From Octopus bimaculoides (taxonomy: Eukaryota), in contig NC_068991.1 of assembly GCF_001194135.2 (NCBI RefSeq), positions 23,060,694 through 23,124,693 of the forward strand: a DNA stretch of 64,000 bases, read 5' to 3'. Below, in pieces: positions 1 to 14,300 of this stretch; the stretch's first letter is position 1; every line of letters begins with the position of its first letter. The position numbers were made by a program, and so were the translations under genes. Below the pieces are notes generated by a model that saw nothing but the letters and a program-made list of their open reading frames with translations, had not been told where the DNA came from and searched no databases.

Positions 1-105
1 TATATAGTTCAGCAAAAATTTAGATTCAGATGAATATGCTACTTAAGTTAAGGCACCAGAATTTAGTACGGTATTATCCATACAATTTCAAGATAGGGTG
101 ATTAA

Positions 106-505
106 AATCAAAATAAGCAACAAGGATATCCAGAAGTAATGCAGTACAATCGTTTCATGCAACTCTATTTAATTGAACAATGCAACCATTAAATGCAGAG
201 CAAAGATATAGAATTTAATTAAATTGAAACAGATGGACACATGAGTATAATTTTACTTAAAATCTCCAAGAAGTTAAGGAGATAGACAAAGAACATGCTG
301 CCTTCTCCTTAACTTCTTGGAGATTTTAAGTAAAATTATACTAATGTGTCCATCTGTTTTAATTTAATTAAATTCTATGTCTTTGTGCAGCTGAGGATTG
401 CTCTGCATTTAAATTGATGTAATGGTTGCATTGCTCAATTAAATGGAGTTGCGTGAAACGATCGCACTGCATTACCTCTGGATATCCTTGTTGCTTATTT
501 TGATT
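106..505. mobile_element. Foldback element with ~180-nt inverted arms, possibly Penelope-like terminal repeats, with a hammerhead-like motif
   Basis: Arms 106-282 and 304-505 are reverse complements with a 21-nt loop. The right arm has GUGCAG CUGAGGA (391-397) ... GAAAC GAUC GCA CUGCAU (455-472). The family sequence extends left to ~21, next to a TA run. Confidence 0.65.
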
Positions 506-581
506 ATCTATCTATCTATCTCTATATATATATATATGGATCAAAACAGTTTGATTCAAATTCCTTAGTATTTTAAGTTTC

Positions 582-1450
582 NNNNNNNNNNNNNNNNNNN
601 NNNNNNNNNNNNNNNNNNNNNNNNNNNNNNNNNNNNNNNNNNNNNNNNNNNNNNNNNNNNNNNNNNNNNNNNNNNNNNNNNNNNNNNNNNNNNNNNNNNN
701 NNNNNNNNNNNNNNNNNNNNNNNNNNNNNNNNNNNNNNNNNNNNNNNNNNNNNNNNNNNNNNNNNNNNNNNNNNNNNNNNNNNNNNNNNNNNNNNNNNNN
801 NNNNNNNNNNNNNNNNNNNNNNNNNNNNNNNNNNNNNNNNNNNNNNNNNNNNNNNNNNNNNNNNNNNNNNNNNNNNNNNNNNNNNNNNNNNNNNNNNNNN
901 NNNNNNNNNNNNNNNNNNNNNNNNNNNNNNNNNNNNNNNNNNNNNNNNNNNNNNNNNNNNNNNNNNNNNNNNNNNNNNNNNNNNNNNNNNNNNNNNNNNN
1001 NNNNNNNNNNNNNNNNNNNNNNNNNNNNNNNNNNNNNNNNNNNNNNNNNNNNNNNNNNNNNNNNNNNNNNNNNNNNNNNNNNNNNNNNNNNNNNNNNNNN
1101 NNNNNNNNNNNNNNNNNNNNNNNNNNNNNNNNNNNNNNNNNNNNNNNNNNNNNNNNNNNNNNNNNNNNNNNNNNNNNNNNNNNNNNNNNNNNNNNNNNNN
1201 NNNNNNNNNNNNNNNNNNNNNNNNNNNNNNNNNNNNNNNNNNNNNNNNNNNNNNNNNNNNNNNNNNNNNNNNNNNNNNNNNNNNNNNNNNNNNNNNNNNN
1301 NNNNNNNNNNNNNNNNNNNNNNNNNNNNNNNNNNNNNNNNNNNNNNNNNNNNNNNNNNNNNNNNNNNNNNNNNNNNNNNNNNNNNNNNNNNNNNNNNNNN
1401 NNNNNNNNNNNNNNNNNNNNNNNNNNNNNNNNNNNNNNNNNNNNNNNNNN
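582..1450. other. Assembly gap
   Basis: N run. Further gaps at 32642-32651, 35479-35542, 38506-38777, 43696-43705 and 63439-63538, mostly beside (TA)n or (TG)n microsatellites. Confidence 0.99.
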
Positions 1451-1501
<51 letters not shown>

Positions 1502-3199
1502 TGCACATACATATACACATAGACACACAGGGTGTACTTGCATATCCACTCACATGCAGGCACGTGCATATATATTCATGTGGGTACATACAAGGGGTGA
1601 GGGTATGAAGGCGAACAGGCATGAACAAGTGTGGGGGATTGGTGATTGGCAGTCCTGCTCAGGGTGATAGTGACCTTGGTGCAGGTGATGCAGGGGAGCA
1701 GCTGTTACTAAGGTGATATATCTGGGTTGCTGACGGCCAATGGCTTGAAATTTACAAGAGGGGCATATCTCTGGTGACAGCAATGGAGGGGCGATTAACC
1801 AGATAATTTTCCTCTTCCTAATCCTCTTGTGGTGAGGAGAGGGGGTTTAGGGATCGTCCACATACATTGAGCTTCTCAGTAACCCAGCCAAAGCACCATT
1901 GTAGGTGGTGGTGGTGGGGGCTATTAAAGATCTTTGTGTTGGCCAAGAGTTTATATACATATGCACACATATAAATGTATGTGTATGCATGTATATCTAC
2001 ATACACAAAAATGTTTTCATTCAATACAAGTGGGTGTATGCTGACAACAGGAAGGGCATCTGATTGTAGAAAGTCTGCCTGAACAAATTCCATCTGACCC
2101 CTGCAAGCATTAAAATGACAATGACAACGACCATGATGATGATTCAAAGAACAAGAAAAGTAATTAATGAAAAGATGATATAATTAAAGTCTAAATAGAA
2201 CAAATTAGTAGCAGGTGAAACAACAAAGATATTACATAATCATGTGACTGACCAGACTATCTAATGTTGTTACACATTGCTGGTCACAATGCACTTTGCA
2301 TCATTTTAGCCTTTGAATGATGCCACCCTACTGGCTAAGTGAGCAGGCCAACATTCTCTCCTGATTGAAAGGGGGACTGGAGCAATGTGAAATGAGCTTT
2401 TCTAAAGAACACAACGCACCACCTGATCTGGGAATTGAACCCATTGATCTAGTGACCATAATTGCAACAGCTTAAGATATAAGGATTATATTCTTGCCCT
2501 GATATATAAGCTTATTCAAATTTAGGAACGTACTCAAATGATTTTTGTCACAACAGACTACCGAGGGAGCCTCCTTATGATCAACAGATCTGCTCAAAAT
2601 AGTAATGACATTTCCCTCAGATCATACTCTACCATCTTAAAAAGGACACATCACATAATGTGGTCATATGTTCCTGACTTATGGGAAAAAAATAGGATGA
2701 TGATGTCAAGTCTGTTTGATCAGAGCTGACTGGGGCTAAACAATGGGTTTGTCTTTCTATCTCTGCCTCTCTCTCTCTCTCTCTCTCTCTTAATTTTATT
2801 AAAATAACTACTTGCCTTGTACTGCAGTCGATTTAATTAACTAGTCCTTTTCTACAAAATATGCAATAAATATATAATTTTGTGCCTTACACTAACTATT
2901 ATTCTATTATACTAAACTGTCACAAATGCAAATTAAAATCTCTCACCGTAATTTCATGTCAAAAAAAAAAAATCTTTTGCTAAAGTATTTTTCAACTGTC
3001 AACCCAATAATGACAAAATTATTTATCTTACTAAATATTTTCATATCCTAGATGATTTTCAAAAGTAACTGAAACACAAAAATATTAGAAAAACAAGTCC
3101 AGTTATTAGAAATTCAAAGAGCAGACGCCTGAATTGGAACTCTTCAGTAAAAAAGCAAATATCTGTTCAATTAATAAAGCGTCCCTAGTCGCACTGTAC

Positions 3200-3213
3200 G
3201 GTCATCTAGCAAC
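3200..3213 (+). promoter_or_regulatory. Possible RFX X-box upstream of WDR92
   Basis: GGTCATCTAGCAAC about 80 nt before the ATG. The right half-site TAGCAAC is perfect, the left half degenerate. Confidence 0.3.
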
Positions 3214-3289
3214 AAGCTGCAACTTGTACACTGGAGAATATTCAAGAAATAAACAACGCTAAGTTTGCTATAACTTTCTCCCACTGGCA

Positions 3290-3628
3290 ATGGATAAACC
3301 TCAGATAATTTGCCACATACAGAAATCTCTCAATTATACGATATTTGATTGCAAATGGATTCCTTGTTCGGCAAAATTTGTTGTTCTTGGCAACCGTGCA
3401 CGCGGTACGGGAATGCTTCAAACCTACGAAATATCTCATGGTGAAGTCAATCTTGTTCACGAGGTAACTTGTGTTTGTTTGTATAGTATGTGTGTGTGTG
3501 TGTGTGTGAAAATTTGTGTATGTACACATACAAGCAACAGAGAATCCGTGAAATGTATGCACTTACCGACGAACACAAGCGGTCACACTTTTATATAAAC
3601 AGTCTACAATATGTATGTTTACCAGCCC

Positions 3629-3690
<62 letters not shown>

Positions 3691-6600
3691 GGCGTAAAAT
3701 TTCAAAGCTGATGGTTTAGGTTTCACCTTTCAAATTTTAGCAGTTTCAGATCTTGCTAACACAAAACATACTGAGGTTTTGGCCATGGCTCTCGCGTCAC
3801 TTTCGACTATGTGTGTTCCAGGACTGTTTTGTGAAGGCGCATGGCTTACTGGTTAGGGTATTCGGCTCACGATTGTAAAGTTGTGAGTTCGATTCCCAGT
3901 GGCGTATTGTGTTCTTGAGCAAGACACCTTATTTCACGTTGTTTCAGTTTAGTCACCGGGCAAAAATGAGTAGTACCTGTATTTCAAAGGGACAAACATG
4001 TCACGTCGTGTCACGCTGAATTTCCCTGACCACTACGTTAAGGGTACGCATGTTTTCGGAGTACTGAATCACTTGAACGTTAATTTCACTGGCAGTCTCT
4101 TCCATTGATTGGATCAACCGGAACACTTATCGTCATAAACGACGGAGTGCCATTTCCAGAACTATCTACTTACTATGTTATAATGCGACTGAGAATTCCA
4201 CTGATACTTGTGCCTTTAACATAATCACCAAGCAGAATGAGCGTGACACTGTGTGACACGTCAGCCCCTTTAATTCACAAGGCTCTTTTAGACTTGAGGC
4301 CATAGTAGAAGACTTAGGTGGGATAGAATTCTGGAATTCATAAGTGTGGTTCGAACTTCTTAAATCATTCGACTATGCCTGCGCCCTTTCTCAGACATGC
4401 AAACATTATTAATACATATGCAGGCATCGGTACACTGACGTAGATCTTTATACTGACAAACACACGTATACCCCATTCTGTGGAATACTGAGGTCCCAAA
4501 CTCAGGAGGTAATGAAAGCAATCTAAATTGAAACTGATAATATTTTCGAATTTAGGCACAAGGCCAGCAGTTTGAGTGACAGCTTATTTTATCGACTTCG
4601 GAAAGATGAAAGCGAAGATGAGGACTGCGTTGTGTATGTGCAGAAAATTGGGAGCTGTTAACTTAAATAACCAACGCTTTAAGGATTCCGCCTCTTCTAC
4701 GCCTTATATGAGGCTGATAATTAAATTAGTATTTTATGTCACTTGCCAAACAAGTACGAGTTAATGAATTGTTTTAATATTTTTTGAAATTACGAATATT
4801 GTTAGTGATACTCGGAATTTCATGGACCCATTAATTGGTGTTCACACTAATTCGACTGAAAATGCTTTTAAATTAAGTGGCGTACAAATAACAACTTGGA
4901 TGAATTCATAGTGCAATCATTATCTAATTGGTATCCCTTAAACTAAATATATAAAGAAAACTTTCAACTAAATAAAAATTCATTTCTGTTTATAAATAAT
5001 TTTTTGTCAATCTTTTCGTAGCAGACTTTTATTTTCTTCATTTTTAATCGTTCAATACTTCTTATTATTTCCCCCTGATGATGCATCTGTGTTCATTATG
5101 AAGCAAAGAGTAGGCTGAATCAGAAGTAGACTGATGCCTCTTCTAGAAAAAGAATTATTTAATGTCTTTCGGAGCATTAAAGAAAAAAAATTTTTCCAGT
5201 TCACTGTATTAAACTGCCACACTACATTCTTCAGTGTCACACTAAACTGAATGGTTCTAAAATAATACAATAGCATAATGTTTCACTCCTATTTCTTCTA
5301 AAAAAAATTTCAACAATGGAGATAAGGTATTATTAAGAGGAAATTATTTGCTCTAGTCTCAGTTTCAAACTTGAGCTGGACACTAGTGCCATCTGAAGGT
5401 ACAGGTACACTGGGCAGTTGCCCTGAAGTCCCATGGATCTTGGGAGCTCATTGTTAACCTAGGTGTGCTGTGGTTATGTATGTTGGGGCCCCAGTGCATT
5501 ATCCAAGGACCTGTGATGTTAACACAGCTCTGCTTGACACTGTTCTGTTTAAACTTCTTGGAGCTTTTAAAGATATACCTTGTGTAAATCAGTAGCAGTA
5601 GATTGTCAAAAAATTATTTGAACTTCAGATAAAATGCCCTCAGCTATTGGAATCAAGGTGCACTGACTGAGCCCATCTGTCACCAAGGCCAACCATAGCT
5701 GATTTCTTTCATAGAGAACAAGAGAGAAGACATGGGCATAGTACTGAGCTGGTACTTTATTTGACAACCCTGAAAGTATGAAGGCTAAGTTAAACTCAAG
5801 AGCATAGAGAGCCACAACAAATACTACAAGGTATTCTATCCAATGATATAATGACCTTCACTTCTAATGATTACTTTAGTGTATAATCATGGTGTATAGT
5901 TACAGTACTTTATCCTTTGAATTCAAATCCTGATGTGGTTAAATTTGTCATTCGTCTTTCCTATGTTGCTTAAATAAAGTACCAGTCAAGTATTTGATTT
6001 ATATTCTATATAATGATATAATGACTGCTTTAGTGTAGTTATGGCCCTTTACCTTTTGAATTCAAATTCAGATGAGCTCAACTATTCCTTCATGTCAAGT
6101 TCGGAATTGATTTATATTTCTATAATGCATGCCAGTTGTGAATGGAATTATAATAGACTAAAACTCTTGAGTGTTTGGTCAATGAACAAACCTGAATGAA
6201 TTTTTGTTTCTTTCTTTAATCATTTTGTCAAAGCTTTTGTGGCTGAAGGAAGTAATGGAAATAGAAGTCATGATTCAGCAGGGTGCAGCACATCACTGTA
6301 TTAAGTTTTTAGACTTGAGACCTGCTTTAAATGCTTACCACAGAATGAACTTTATTAAGATACCCAAAGGCCAAGCAGTGTGCAGCAGATTAAGTTTATC
6401 ACTCAAAATGTGATCATATTCAACTTTAAAATCTTCTTTCAAAATTACCGGAAATATTCAGCTTGTCACTAAACTTTTTTTTAATTATTAATCATACATC
6501 TTAAATTTTATGTTTGATTTGCATGATAGAGTGTGTCTTTATTGTATCGTCATAGTCTTCCCACCTACCATTAAAATATCATTTTCTGTTTTTAGACTGA

Positions 6601-8307
6601 AAAACCAAAGTCATTTCGGTGTTGTACATTTGCTGCTTCTGACATACAAGAAAGACATCTGGCGACAGGTAACTTTCATGGCAAAATGGAAATTTGGTGA
6701 GTTGGATATATAATTTGTTGGTAAAAATCAGTTTAGCTTATTATTTACTTAAGTTGATTTTCAGACTTTGTTTTAATTAGTGTAAAATAAAAAAAATTAA
6801 ATGCTTTTGTTGTTTTGAAATGAATTTGCTTAGCAAGAATGTTTTGGCTCTAAGGAATAGGCCTGACATTTGTGATGTTCACAAATACAGACTTTTTCTT
6901 CCGGGCCAAAACCTATTTCAGTTCTGAACAATGGCTAACACCTTTACAAAACTGAAATATTTTTGTACTAGAGTTATTCTTCATATCTAAGAATGTTATT
7001 TGCTTTACAGATATACACTTTCTAGAATGTGAAGGTACCTAGAAATGACATCTACCTCAACTCATAGTAGCGACATAAAAAGATGCACATAGTTGGGATA
7101 ATAGAAAATGAAGTCCAGGATACATTATGTCTGGAAAAAAATATTGACAGGATAGTCATGGTTGGAATGTCTTCAGTCAAAGGTTTAACAACCCAAGGTG
7201 CTAAACAACAAATGCTATAAATGTCTTCAAAAATGTTAAGGAGTTTATTAAGATATGTCCTTTTTTCTAGTTTCATGGTGTTTAATGGATAAGAGTTTGA
7301 TCTTATTCTTGATATTAATTCTTGACAACTAGGTGAGCTGAGCTATGCACAGTTGAGTGTTTCACCTAGATGCAAAAGTGCATACAAAGTATTTACAGCC
7401 AAAAACGATGACTAGGTAACTTAAAATATAATCTACTCAGCTATCCTTTTATATTCTACATTGCAGCTGAATAAAACCCTTTCTCGTTGATTAGCAATAA
7501 ACAACTATCCACAGTCAGCAAGCTATGTATGACCTCTGTTCTGAATTTTCTTCTCTGTAGCAGTCCCATATAAACATTTCCAATACACTTATTTCTTTCT
7601 CTCCTCTTCTTCTTCTTTTCCCATTGTGTTTCACTTGCTAGACCTTTCACACCATTATCACCATAATAAACATTTTGCCAAATTCTGTTTCTTCAAATTG
7701 TATCCCTCAGAAATCCATCACCTCACTTGTGTTTTCTCTCAGTCCATGACTTGTAACTATTCTGTTATTGTCTCCAATTGATTATACTAAAGATTAAAAT
7801 GTGGCATGTATTATCAGTAGCATAGCATAGGTACTGAAACAAGGTTTGCAGATCTTAAAGGTAAACTTGTTTTATAATAATTATAGATATCATATATTTA
7901 ATGGACATTTAGAAAAGTGTCTATAAACTTAACTCTTTTCTTATATTTCTTTTGAAATACACAGCTTTCGTTTCAATTTATTTTGAAAATAACAAAGAGT
8001 TTAGTAAAATAACTTTGCCATTATTAAGCTGGTGTTTGGAACATAAGTAAACTTAGGATTTTGATGGAAAGTATTAATTTAGATCACTTTAAAACAAGAA
8101 GTTTGTATCATAGAACCAGGGCAAGTTAGTATCAAAATATTGTTTTACAATATAGATGTTATATGTAGAGGACATTAGATATAATATCTATAAACTGCAG
8201 AAAATCATGTGGATATTAACCCTTTAGAGACAGTCTCATTCGGAGTTTTGGTACCAAGAAGACGGAGCCCTTTTCATGAGTCCTACGGAGGGCATGCACT
8301 TATTTTT

Positions 8308-8350
<43 letters not shown>

Positions 8351-11300
8351 GAAGTTATTACTTAACATATATAAACTTATATATATTCTTGTAGGAAATT
8401 GAATGAACTAATATGATCTTCTTCATCATTTGACTCTCTGGCTGATAGGTTAGTCCTGTCATCTCCTCAGGGTTAACAAATAGAACTAGAGAGAGAGAAG
8501 GAGAAGGAAGTGAGGGGAAAAGAGAGAATTAGGTGTTTGTGTGTATGTAATAAAATAAATACAAAAAATTGTGAATGAACAATATATTGTTATGGTATGT
8601 CAACACATGAAATTAAATTGCACTAGTTTTATATAATGTATTCCATATTTCAGGGACCTTGAACATTCTGAAACTCCTGTCTACTCTGTAAATGGCCATA
8701 CCCAAATTATTAATAGTATTGATGGTGTTGGAGGTTTGGGAATAGGAGAAGGTGCACCAGAAATTGTAACTGGCAGTAGAGATGGTAATATCATCTTTCA
8801 TATTGTTTTCTTTAATTCTATCACATATTACAGCTGCTGGCAGTACTATTTAATAGCACCAATCATATAAACATTTTAAAGCTATTCATCTTGTGTTAGT
8901 TATCTCTTTTACTTGACCACAGCAATTAACAGCAGTAGCCAATGGCTTATATATAACTATTCAAATGGTTATTATATATGCAGTTATATATTTATATATA
9001 GCTATTCTAAGGGCTACTATAATAACACTTTGTAATAATTACCACTTGTTTTAAGGTGGCAAGCTGCCAGAATCATTAGCCTGCCAGGCAAAATGCTTAG
9101 CAGCTTTTCCCCCATCTTTATGTTCTGAGTTAAAATTCTACTGAGGTTTCTTTTGCCTTTCATCTTTTCCGGGTTGATAAAATAAGTACCAGTTGAGCAC
9201 TGGGGTCGATATAATCGACTTGCTCCCTCCCCTGAACTTACTGACCTTGTGCCAAAATTTGAAATCAATAATTACAGCTTATGTCACTAACATAACTATA
9301 AAAAAGTGTTAATTATTTAACCCTTTTAAAATTCAGATACTTTAACAGTTGTATAATGGCTACTTTTTCATCAAACTATTTAACTGTAAATTTTTTTATT
9401 CAGTGATTTAACTCTTTCACTATTAATTCTGTATTACTGTCAGCATTCATAATGCCAAAATAATGCTAACATCAAAACTCAGATAAAATGGTGACACATG
9501 GTGATAAAAATGTTAATTTTACTTTACAAATACAACCATCTCTTGTAGGTTTGGTGAAAGTCTGGGATCCAAGACAGAAAGATAAACCTGTGGCAATAAT
9601 GGAGCCAAAAGAAGGGGAAGCTAAAAGAGATTGTTGGGCTGTAACATTTGGTATGTATACTCTAGATCTTCTGTGTTGTTAGGAGCCAATAGTCTATGTT
9701 GTTGCTTCCTTCTACTTTGTTGTATTAACATCTTTATCTTTCTCTCTCTTCTACAATATGGATTAGATGAAGCTTCCTTCTTGTTTATCCTTTACTCAGC
9801 CCAACAAAACAAGGATTCCTGTCACATTGCTTGATGTTTAGAAAGTCTTACATTGTAGATTAGTGTTAGCATGGCATATTTATTGATGCATTGCATATGT
9901 ATTGCAGTTATCATATTGATATATCAAAGACTCCATTTCACATCCTCCACACTTACTATCCATTTTGGTCTACTGTAGAGCTCATTACTTTTTCAGAGTA
10001 GGAATGAACTGCTGTACTTCAAAATATCTTAGAATTCTTCTTGTAATGTATTTCCCTATTTACCATTGTAGGTAATACTTTTACTGCGACTGATCGCTGT
10101 GTATGTTCTGGCTATGATAATGGCGACATTAAATTATTTGACCTGAAAACAATGTCTTTGCGTTGGGAAACCAACATTAAAAATGGAGTAAGTCTATTTT
10201 ATTAATTTTTTTTACATTAACATTGTTGTCTCTTGAAATATGAGGAAAGGCATAGTTGATTGAATTGTGAGAAGTGTAGGAATGTGTTTAAAAAATGTAA
10301 AATGTCTTCAGTAGCCTTTTATGAAAATCTTATGGGTTAGTGCTTAGGTCTAATTTCATGGTATTATGTATATCAATGATAATATACCAATACAGCAGAT
10401 AACATAGGGCTCAGTTCATATAGCTGTCAAGAAGCGATACTGTTTTGGCACCTCCTCCTCTGGCAGCTATATGAACTGAATCCAATAGACTAAAAAGTAC
10501 TGTATGAATGCCCAGCGCAATGTCTGTGGCAGGATTGAACAGAATGTTTTTGAATTAGTAGTCTAGTACCATATACACTTTTCTTCAGAGAAAGCTATGA
10601 AATGGAACTTAAGTTGACAAATGAATAAATTGTGGGAACAATAATTTCCAAGAGACTATATTATTTGTGTGATGTAAAACATTTCACTCATGATTCTCTC
10701 CAAATATAACTGCACAAGTGATAAAAATTTAATCTCCCCACTTATAAAATGAGTGTTTGGTAAGGTATTTGACAAAATTCAGATTTGAGAAACATTGCTT
10801 TATATTTAGTATCACCTCAAACACTAGCAAATGTCAGCTTCAGTTTATTCAAAGTAAAATATGTTGGGCTATTATCAACACATATTTAATGTTATTACTA
10901 CAGAATTTACAAGGCTTTCTATTAGGGTATCAACATCTATGAAGTGTAATTCTATGAGGGTATCAACAGAGATATGTAGTGGTTTCTAAACTTTAAAATC
11001 TATTATTTTTGTGCTTATTTAACAGGTCTGTTCTTTGGAGTTTGATAGAAAAGATATAAACATGAACAAACTTGTTGCCACAACTCTTGAATCAAAGTTC
11101 CACGTTTATGATATGAGAACACAACATCCAACCAATGGGTTTGCATCAGTAGTAGAAAAAGTAAGACTAGTGAACAATACCACTGATTTCACCACCTCTC
11201 TACCTTGCTTTTTAATTATTATTATTCCACTTTATATACTTTATGTTGATTTATTTCGCATGAAGACAGGAAGACAGTTCTAGAGTGTTTCAATGATGTT

Positions 11301-14300
11301 AAGGCTAATATCTACATATTGCACAGCAGACTTCTATGTAAGCACTCAACCTGATGAAAACAACAGCCAAATCTTTCTGAAATTACAGGCTACTACCTCA
11401 AAGAAAGAGACATTGGACAGTGTAATCCTAGATAACTGGAAACATGATGGCCATAGTAAAGATGCCTTTTGTTTTTGTAGGTCTGCTTAGACAAGGCTGA
11501 CTTGTGACAAAACAACATAGCCGACAGCCTCCATGAATTCACATTGTTATGTTTCTTGGTATGACTAGCATTAGGTTTCACTACTAGTTCATGACTGAGT
11601 GGTTAACACTAAGTAAAGTATCAGATGTTAAACCTATGCTGCAGCAACCATATCATGTTCCTTGGTAAGGTTTATAGCTGACTATGCTGATAACTGATAC
11701 AAGTTCTATTTTACAGTTGTGTGTTTAATGGTAGGATGGATACCCAACTATAAAAATCAATGGTTCCAGGATAATCCAAATTTGCTAATCATGTCATTCA
11801 TATGAAAATTAATACAAAACAGTGAGAAAGTATTTTTAGTTGATGGACTAAAAAATTCCAGATCAGGCCTGACTGAGTAGATCTATGGCCACACAAGACT
11901 ACATTATCTTGGATATACATGTTTCTCTTCATTTTTTAAGGCAGTCAAGGGAGGAGATATTTGATTGCTATTTCTATCAGATCGAGTGACCATGTGCAGC
12001 CCTTGATAAATTGCAATGCATATTTTCGCTTTCTTAGCTGATAAAAGTCATCCCAAGTCCTTTACCAGAAGTTAATAGCAATTATGCACAATTACTTAGA
12101 CTTAGAAAACGTCAATCCTTGCCAGAAGAGTGGTATATTAATTTGGTAATAAATTTAGCCTCAAATTTTGTCTTTCTCTAATATTGCCATTTTGTTTCAA
12201 TTCAAGTTTTATGTTAGGTTTTTAACAGTTCTTTTTATTTTTGTGTTCATTTATTAATCCACCCCATTCTTACAACACAATGAGTTCTTTGTTTTTTATG
12301 AGTATAATAATTTGCTCATGTAGTAAAACTTGATAGCTGTTTCAAAGTTCTTATAAAATTTTCAACTTTATCACAATTTCTTGGTCTGAAAAGATTAATT
12401 GGCACTAAATTTAAATTCTAATTACTTGTCATAAGATAAATTATGGCAGAAATACTACATAAGCAGATCTAGCACAAAATACAAGCATATGCACATATAT
12501 ATATATTTCACTTAGGCATTGTGATATTAATAACCTGATGTAGAACACAATATACGTATGCCTCAGAACAAGTCATTAGTCGAGTATAGAGCAGTAATAA
12601 GAAAAAAGATGGCAAAGGAATAAACGATTATCTTTTGAACTTCATTAGCTTACAGCTGTTTCCACTATGAGATGTGGTGGATTCATAGTTGAGTACCTGA
12701 GGAACGTCATACAATTTCATCAGAACTTCAAATATCAAGTGCAATTTATTTGGGAAAACAAATACATTTAAGTATATATACAGAGAAGCATTACCAATTA
12801 AATAGCTATATGCGGAAGATGGAAACCAAGGGCTCCTCCTATAATTAGGATAAGATTAATTCTCTTAAAACCTCATTTCTTGCCAGAAGAGAGCTCCAAA
12901 GGCTCCTCTCACAATTAGGATAAGATTAATTCTATTAATCTTTTCCTAATTGTGGGAGGAGCCCTTGGTTTCCATTTTCCACATATATGCTATCACATTG
13001 GTAATGCTTTCCTGTATATTTGCTTAGTTTTTTTTGCTTTTCCAAATATTTGGAGCTCTGATCAAATTGTAAGATGTTACTCAGGCACTCAACTCTGAAT
13101 CCACCACATCTTATAGTGGAAACAGCTGTAAACTAATGAACTTCATAAGATAATCATTTATTCCTTTTTCTCTTTACTTATACATGTATAAGCACAGGTA
13201 TGATTGTATGTTTAAGAGGTTAGCTGCTCAGCCATGTGATTCCAGGTCGTTCAGTTGCACATGGCACCATTGACAAAAGCCTTCTGTAATTTTGACCAAA
13301 GTTTTGTGTATGCATTTGAGATGTGTGTGTGTGTGTATTTGTGTCTCCTTATCTTGACAACACAAGATAGTTGTAAATAAGTGTCATCATCATACAAGTG
13401 GTGTTCTCCATTTCCATTCTTTCATGAGAAATGTCCAGTTGTAGGGAAGTATTAACTTGCTTGGAAACAGGTGAGGGTTGGCAACAGGGGGGGCACATGG
13501 CTGTAGAAAATGTCTCAACAAATACCACATCTCAGTTGTGTTATTTCATTTATGAAGTACTTGTGTTGTTCTTTAGCTCTAATTAAGATTGAAGTCATTT
13601 CAGGCAAACATATATTCTAACACTACGTTTTCAAATGTAATATTCTTTTGTTAAAGGATATAATGGGGTTTTGGCTGCTATTTCTTACAGTTTGAGGTCT
13701 TCTTGTGGGCTCAAGTAACTCTGCTAATACCTGATATAACTACCATTCTAACCTTTGCTATTCTGCTTCCAGTATGTGTATGCTTTACTACAATCAGAGC
13801 CAAATCTATTTATGTGTCATTTTATGGACATGTTTGGCTCAACAAGTTTTTCAATGACATTTTACACATTTAACAAATAATATATTTATAAAAATGCTAA
13901 AGTGCTTTTAGCTTTATTACTTGTAATTTCAATGATCTGTTTTAATCACATTAATACATGTATAAAAAAATCTGCCTTTCATAAGGAGAAAGAATCCATT
14001 TGTTGTTAATTGCTTATAAATTATTATAAAATTACAATTCTCTCTTTCTAATATCTACATTATTTTGTGTTTTTGTTTTTCATTTCTCTAATGTATAGGC
14101 AGCACATAAATCAACAATTTGGTCAGTTCGCCATCTTCCTCAGAATCGAGACATTTTTATGACAATGGGAGGTAATGGCTCAGTAAATCTTTGGCAATAG
14201 TAAGTAAATATATTTCTGAATATTTTATCTGACAACAAGCATTTGGTGTTAAGGATATATCAAAACTTAAAAATTTTATTTATTCCAGCTTCAGGTAGAT

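Noticed and set aside
512-1628. Long ORFs of 334-351 aa, and similar ones at 35413-35658, 38338-38961, 43533-43890 and 63308-63709
   Set aside because: Artefacts of N gaps and (TA)n/(TG)n runs, giving X, YI and CV repeats.
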